Assembly (NCBI GenBank): GCA_018651725.1
Contig: JABIDK010000014.1
Coordinates: 6,625-70,624, forward strand
Reading direction: 5' to 3'
Source: Candidatus Falkowbacteria bacterium
Lineage (GTDB): Bacteria; Patescibacteriota; Patescibacteriia; JAACEG01
DNA: 64,000 bases
The position numbers were made by a program, and so were the translations under genes. Under the pieces are notes generated by a model that searched no databases, was not told where the DNA came from, and saw nothing but the letters and a program-made list of their open reading frames with translations. How positions within the stretch are numbered: the stretch's first letter is position 1; the number at the start of each line of letters is the position of its first letter. This document shows positions 58,692 to 64,000 of this stretch, piece by piece.

Positions 58692-59684
58692 TTATTTTTT
58701 CTTAGTATAAATATCAAAGTCCCAGGCAAGGTGTTTTATTAAAGGAATTTTAGCGATGAATTTATCGTCTATTTGTTTTAATATTTTTTCAATTTTTTGA
58801 TTTGGGAAATGTTTTTTTTTGGTTATTTTGGTTTTTAGAACAACCCAGTTTGTGTAAATCTTTCTAAGATAATGAACCGGTTTGATTTTAATATCTGTGA
58901 AGTGCGGGGATAGTAATTTGTTTAATTTTCTTTTGGAAAAGCCCCAAGTAACATCGTCTGCTAGAGAAAAATCGTTTTTATTTTTCTTACGCAATAATTT
59001 TCGAAGAATAAAAAAAACAGGACCAAAAAAATAATACTGCCAAGAGGCTGGCTCGCGCAAAATTAAAAATAAGCCATTATTTTTTAAAACTCGGCTTACT
59101 TCTTTCAAAGCTTTTTGTGGATTTGGCAAATGATGCAAAGAAGCAACCATAAAAATAGCTTCAAGAGAGTTATCTTTAAAAGGCAAATCTTCTGCATCCA
59201 AAACAGCGTAAATTCCGTTTTTAATATTATTTTTCTCTGCAATTTGTTTAACTTTTTGAACAGATCCGGGAGCAATGTCAGACTCAATTACCGTATAGCC
59301 TTTGTTCATTAAATAAAAAGCAAATCGCCCATCGCCACCGGCAAGCTCTAAAACAACAGAGTCTTTTGGAAGTTTAGTAATTGGTTCAATCACAGATTGA
59401 AGCTCTTCAGAAAGCGAAAGCATAGCTTGCTCGTTAAAATTATCAGCACGATTAGAGTAAGTTTCTATTTCTTGCTTTTTAATTTTGTTCTCTTTAGTAT
59501 CTTCCGGCAAGCAGTTGTAAGTTCCATCTCGCAAAGAATAATCTTTAGAAAAAATTTTTTCGATTTCAAACATATTTTTTTTATATATAAATATATAGTA
59601 GTCAATAATAAAAACACAGTCAATTTTTTGAGCTTTTATTTTTTCAATACTTTGATATACTAATAATAGTTTATTATGCAACAA
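58692..59684 (-). CDS. Class I SAM-dependent methyltransferase
   Basis: Motif I VLELAGGDGRF, motif post-I, C-terminal extension; true start may be internal ATG (MFEIEKIF...). Confidence 0.7.
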   Translation of the reverse strand: MLHNKLLLVYQSIEKIKAQKIDCVFIIDYYIFIYKKNMFEIEKIFSKDYSLRDGTYNCLPEDTKENKIKKQEIETYSNRADNFNEQAMLSLSEELQSVIEPITKLPKDSVVLELAGGDGRFAFYLMNKGYTVIESDIAPGSVQKVKQIAEKNNIKNGIYAVLDAEDLPFKDNSLEAIFMVASLHHLPNPQKALKEVSRVLKNNGLFLILREPASWQYYFFGPVFFILRKLLRKKNKNDFSLADDVTWGFSKRKLNKLLSPHFTDIKIKPVHYLRKIYTNWVVLKTKITKKKHFPNQKIEKILKQIDDKFIAKIPLIKHLAWDFDIYTKKK

Positions 59685-59710
59685 GTCTATTGAATTATAT
59701 TTTTAAATCT

Positions 59711-61012
59711 ATGGGGCATATTAACTCAAGAAGTTACTTAAAACTTCAAAAAAGATTAGATGATGCACCGCAAGGAGCGCCGGAATCTGAGAGTTTGTAT
59801 AAAATATTAAAGGTATTTTTTACAAAAGAAGAAGCAGGTCTGGTGTCTGTTTTGCCGATGAATTTTTTTACAATAGAAAAAGCAGCTAAACTGTGGAAGA
59901 AGAAGGAAGGTGAAACCGAGGAGATTTTAAATAAGTTGGCCGGGAAAGGAATTCTATTTGATTTTTCAAATAAAAAAATCAGAGCTTTTATAGTGACTCC
60001 GACTATGGCCGGATTTTTTGAGTTCGCGATTATGCGAACCGACGGCAAATTTGATCACCAAATTTTAAGTGAACTTTTTTATCAATACATAAATACGGAA
60101 GAAGATTATATTAAAAAAGTTTTTACAATAAACCCTCCATTGGATAGAATTTTTGTCCACGAAGAAGTTATTCAAAAAAAAGATAAGACTATTGTTTTGG
60201 ACTTTGAAAGGGCTTCTAAAATTATTAAAGAAGCCAGTTTCGTGACAGTCAGCAATTGTTATTGTCGGCACAAGAAAGAACATTTGGGCACAGCCTGTGA
60301 TAATCCGCAAAAAGTTTGTTTAACTTTGAATAAAGCGGCTGAAAGTTTGGCAAAGCATGGTATAGCAGAAAAAATCAGCAATGAAGAAGGTTTAAAAATT
60401 CTCAAAGAGTGTAAAGGTTTGGGTTTGGTTCAACTTGGGGACAATATTCAAAACGATGTTAACTGGATTTGTAATTGTTGCTCATGCTGTTGCGATGGTC
60501 TTAGTGCTTACAGGCGGTTGGGTTATAATCCAAAAATAGAGAGTAATTTTATTTCCAATCCTAGTAATGACAAATGCACGGGCTGTAATATTTGTGTTAA
60601 GAAATGTCCGGTTGAAGCTATTAAGTTAAAGAGTAATAATAATAAATTTTACATAGAAATAGATAAGCAAAGATGTATCGGTTGCGGGGTTTGCGCTAGG
60701 TTTTGTTCATTTGAAAATATAAAAATGGAAAGAAGAGAAAAACTAAACTTTATCCCAATCGACACTTTTGAAAGATATATAGTAGGCGCAATAGATAAAG
60801 GAGAAGTGCAAAATTTGCTTTTTGATAACTATACCTTATGGACTCATGAAATGTTGAGAAGATTTTTAGGTATTATTTTAAACCTAAAACCAGCCAAAAG
60901 ACTGCTCGCCACCAAACAAATGAGATCGATTTTTATGAACACTCTAACCAAAACAGGCAAATACGAGTTGTTTGATAAAATATTTAATAATGGGAGGAAA
61001 GTTAAGTATTAA
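59711..61012 (+). CDS. 4Fe-4S dicluster domain protein with additional Cys-rich CNCCSCCCDG segment
   Basis: Two ferredoxin motifs CTGCNICVKKCP and CIGCGVCARFC; ORF-track start 59690 is TTG, ATG at 59711. Confidence 0.6.
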   Translation: MGHINSRSYLKLQKRLDDAPQGAPESESLYKILKVFFTKEEAGLVSVLPMNFFTIEKAAKLWKKKEGETEEILNKLAGKGILFDFSNKKIRAFIVTPTMAGFFEFAIMRTDGKFDHQILSELFYQYINTEEDYIKKVFTINPPLDRIFVHEEVIQKKDKTIVLDFERASKIIKEASFVTVSNCYCRHKKEHLGTACDNPQKVCLTLNKAAESLAKHGIAEKISNEEGLKILKECKGLGLVQLGDNIQNDVNWICNCCSCCCDGLSAYRRLGYNPKIESNFISNPSNDKCTGCNICVKKCPVEAIKLKSNNNKFYIEIDKQRCIGCGVCARFCSFENIKMERREKLNFIPIDTFERYIVGAIDKGEVQNLLFDNYTLWTHEMLRRFLGIILNLKPAKRLLATKQMRSIFMNTLTKTGKYELFDKIFNNGRKVKY

Positions 61013-61045
61013 TTTGCAAAAAATACATATAAACAATAAAATTAT

Positions 61046-63049
61046 ATGAACAAATTTGAAATGGAGATTCCTGACGTTCCTGAAGTGTCAGAAAAAAATA
61101 ACAATCAAGAACAACCATCTAAGATTTTAAAACCTGAAGAAATTATTAAGGTTGAGGCAAAAAGCAGTGTAATAAGTAATGATGCTAGAGTCGGTAATAA
61201 TGAGTTACGAAAATACACAAAAAAATATTATTCAAAAGAAAGATTAAGGACTGCTTCTGAAATTAAAGAAATTAGAAGTAATTTTTTTTCTAATAAGGAA
61301 AAAATCAGAGAGCAAATTTTTTTCATACTTAGGCAACTTGAAGAAAAAAAGACAATGCTTGATATTATACAAAATGAGGTACAAATTTTAGAAAAAAATA
61401 TTAGTAGCAAGAGCAGTTCTTTATTTTCTCAAGTTTTTAGGTACTTTGAGATAAAGAAATTAGAAGAAACTCTTAATGAAAAAGAGCCAAAATTTGAAGA
61501 ATTTCAACAAGAAGTACAAGAAATGCTGCAGCAAAAAGCTCTATTGAGTGAACAGTTGGAAGTAAAACAAAATCTCCAAGAGTTAAAAGCTAAAGTGCAA
61601 ATATTCTATGATAATCATATTGGTGATTTTGAAAAATATACAGAAGAAGAAGGTGCCATTGAATTAGAGAGACTAGAAAAGGAAGAGGAGGGGCGCCAAG
61701 TAGAAAATATCATGTCAGAATATAATGGCTATTTTGTACATGGAATAAAACATCGATGGTCCCCCGAAGGTAATTCATTAATTAAGGAAAAGGCTTCATT
61801 TGAATCAAAACTAAAAATATTTTTATCTCTTGAACCAACTAGCTCTACATCAGTTATTCAAGTTGGCGATGACGCCGATGATATGTGGGAACAAATGGGA
61901 TTACTCTTATCACGCGGCAGAGTAGATGCCGCATATTCTAGAGACACCGGCACAGTAGCAAAGGATGCTAACACCCGTACACATAGAGCTGGAGGGTTAA
62001 ATTTTGAAAATATTAAAAAAAGTATTGCTGGAGACACGGCATCTGCAGGAGGGACAGGATATAATGAGTTTGTCGTATCAAATCCAGGAGTGGCTGGAAT
62101 GTATTTAACTGCTGACAGAGAAGATAGCACAACTACAATATCTGATAAAGAATTTTTTGCATTAGCGAATAAACTTAAATTACCAACTTATTATATAAAA
62201 AATGGTGAAGTCTTTTCTACTAATTTTAGTAATAAAGAAGAGTTAATAATTGGAGAAAAAATAGATCCTAAAAAGCTCAGTGAAAAAGAGTATGGGTTTT
62301 CAGACGAAGAAAAAGAAGAAATGTTTGATGATGTTTTTGAAGAAGAAATGCCTTTTAAAGCTGAAACAATTTTATTTGAAGCAAGAAATTTCGCTGGACG
62401 AAACGCTGGTCAAGAACATTATTTAAGGGTTATAAAAGATAAATTAAAAGATACAAAATTTAGAAAAAAAATATCCAAAACAGAATTAGGTGTTACTTCT
62501 GGTGATGATTATTCAATCGATAATCTATTTAAATCTGACGTTTATTTAATTAAAGAAATAATATACCCCGAAGGAAATAAAAAAAGATATTTTAAAAATA
62601 ATGATCAAGTTTTTGTTCAGTATTATGATTTTAAAAAAGATAAATATAGCAATAATTTCTCTACGGTAGATTCTAAATATACATTACCAAATCATATTGC
62701 TCTTAGCTATTCCAGGGGGTTGTTATTTGAAAAATCAGTAGATAATGTTACTCTATATTTAAGTGAAGTAAAAAAATTCATTGAAGATTTACAAGAAAAA
62801 ATGCAAAATGTCAACATGACCGATGAGGTAAATCAAAAAAACTACAAAGAAACGTTGATGAAATTAACTTACCATCTTTACGGTTTTGCCGATACAGCTA
62901 AAGCATTTGGAGATGAAGAGACTTATCAAAAGACAATCAAAATTGCTGATTCTGTGGTCCCCTTATTGGATTATCAGAGAAATGTTAATAAAAGACTAGA
63001 TGAGCAGGGAAAGTTTATTATTTATAAAGAAGATTTTTATGATAAATAA
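61046..63049 (+). CDS. Hypothetical protein (667 aa), N-terminal module shared with downstream gene, coiled-coil region
   Basis: Long ORF; no known motif; first ~45 aa paralogous to N-terminus of 63095 gene. Confidence 0.5.
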   Translation: MNKFEMEIPDVPEVSEKNNNQEQPSKILKPEEIIKVEAKSSVISNDARVGNNELRKYTKKYYSKERLRTASEIKEIRSNFFSNKEKIREQIFFILRQLEEKKTMLDIIQNEVQILEKNISSKSSSLFSQVFRYFEIKKLEETLNEKEPKFEEFQQEVQEMLQQKALLSEQLEVKQNLQELKAKVQIFYDNHIGDFEKYTEEEGAIELERLEKEEEGRQVENIMSEYNGYFVHGIKHRWSPEGNSLIKEKASFESKLKIFLSLEPTSSTSVIQVGDDADDMWEQMGLLLSRGRVDAAYSRDTGTVAKDANTRTHRAGGLNFENIKKSIAGDTASAGGTGYNEFVVSNPGVAGMYLTADREDSTTTISDKEFFALANKLKLPTYYIKNGEVFSTNFSNKEELIIGEKIDPKKLSEKEYGFSDEEKEEMFDDVFEEEMPFKAETILFEARNFAGRNAGQEHYLRVIKDKLKDTKFRKKISKTELGVTSGDDYSIDNLFKSDVYLIKEIIYPEGNKKRYFKNNDQVFVQYYDFKKDKYSNNFSTVDSKYTLPNHIALSYSRGLLFEKSVDNVTLYLSEVKKFIEDLQEKMQNVNMTDEVNQKNYKETLMKLTYHLYGFADTAKAFGDEETYQKTIKIADSVVPLLDYQRNVNKRLDEQGKFIIYKEDFYDK

Positions 63050-63094
63050 TTAATTTATAATTAAGCGATTGAATTCGCGAAACGTACAACCATA

Positions 63095-64000
63095 TGAATA
63101 AATTTGAACAATGTCCATCTAATATTCCGGAAGTGCCGGAAGAAGCTGATAATCAAGAAAAACCCTTTGAGATTTTAAAAGATATTTTAAAACCTGAAGA
63201 AATTATTAGGATTGAGGCAAAAGGAGAAAAAAGAGAAGGAAGTTTGCCTATTTTATATATTCCGGGATGGGGAGAAACAAGTGAATCCACTAGTCCGCTT
63301 TTGGATGTGTTATCACAAGATAATGACGTTATTTCTTTTGACCAACCAAGAGAAGAAAGAATCGATAAAGACTTTGCAAAAAATAAATTCGAAGGAGAGT
63401 TTTCAGCTCTGCAATTACAGAAAGCCTTTGCAGTAATCGAAGCAATTAAAAAGTCTGGTTACAATCAGGTCGATGCTGTTGGTGCGTCAGAGGGAGGAGC
63501 AGTGTTGGCGACGGCTGCTTATCTTGCTCCAGAAAAGTTTAGAAATATAACACTCATGGAGCCTGCCGGGATGATGGGCAAGGATTCTTTTTTTAAATTA
63601 GCGAAAAGATTTGGCATAGATCACGCCAAGCAAAATAGAGAAAGACCAGAAGAACAACAAGAGCAAGTCGCAACAGGTAAGGCGGATTTTAGAAAATTTT
63701 GGAAAAAAAATTTACTTCAGTCTGTTAAAGAAATAAAGGAAATGTCGGAAGCTGACATAACAGATATGATTGCCGGACTTCACGAGCTGGGGATTGGAAT
63801 TTCTCTGGTAAATCATGTTAATAGCAAAGTTTTTGATAGTGATGCTGTTCAAAAAGAAATATCAAAAAAACTGGTTGACCGAAGCGGTGATGAGCATAAA
63901 GTATTGGTTGATGGAGTTTATACTATAATGTCTAAAAGAGAAAACGAAGACGGAGAAATGGAAACTTACGATGGTGGACACGCTGATATCAGATATGATA
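63095..64000 (+). CDS. Alpha/beta-hydrolase-fold protein (3' end beyond window), shares N-terminal module with upstream gene
   Basis: Open frame from ATG 63095 to window end (absent from ORF track, no stop in window); nucleophile elbow GASEGG (GxSxG); LYIPGWGE. Confidence 0.6.

Overview
AT-rich (~30% GC by eye) bacterial chromosomal segment with compact, mostly housekeeping gene content. Gene sizes, long charged extensions on ribosomal proteins and RNase J, and frequent absence of Shine-Dalgarno sequences are compatible with a Patescibacteria/CPR-like organism (inference only). Recognisable content: replication origin module (dnaA, DnaA-box cluster, dnaN), ftsH, a PilB/GspE-type ATPase, tsaE, an AI-2E transporter, ruvA, a Mur ligase, comM/yifB, lspA, a dksA-like gene, RNase J, rplS, rpsP, rlmN, a lone fabF, smc, a thymidylate/dNTP-metabolism cluster (dCMP deaminase, dCTP-deaminase-like, Fic, Nudix-like, thyA, folA, P-loop kinase), gatB, topA, trxB, uppS, rpmG (missing from the ORF track), nusB, rpmF, gyrA, polA, two glycosyltransferases, ndk, a CheY-like receiver, gyrB, and a SAM methyltransferase/Fe-S protein pair. 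Seven tRNA genes were found by eye (Ala-GGC, Leu-GAG, Glu-TTC, Glu-CTC, Thr-TGT, Thr-GGT); the two tRNA-Glu copies are identical apart from anticodon position 34 and lie inverted 12.7 kb apart. Points worth a second look: (1) a conserved GACTTT...GACTAAT-N-CT motif with tandem heptamer arrays directly in front of the start codons of rpsP, smc and ndk, with an rplS variant, and other short tandem-repeat arrays abutting start codons; (2) a ~0.7 kb ORF-free, structure-rich region ending in a plus-strand intrinsic terminator (candidate ncRNA); (3) abrupt GC-rich patches in this AT-rich genome, namely the 3' tail of a 690-aa GNAT/PcfJ-like protein and a terminator-bounded cassette of two SD-led small ORFs; (4) a phage-T4-like dNTP/thymidylate module downstream of tRNA-Glu that lacks canonical dut and tmk and carries Fic, Nudix-like and unknown proteins; (5) two adjacent genes sharing a near-identical 5' module. 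No rRNA, CRISPR array or clear transposase was found. All gene calls rest on motif recognition without database searches.
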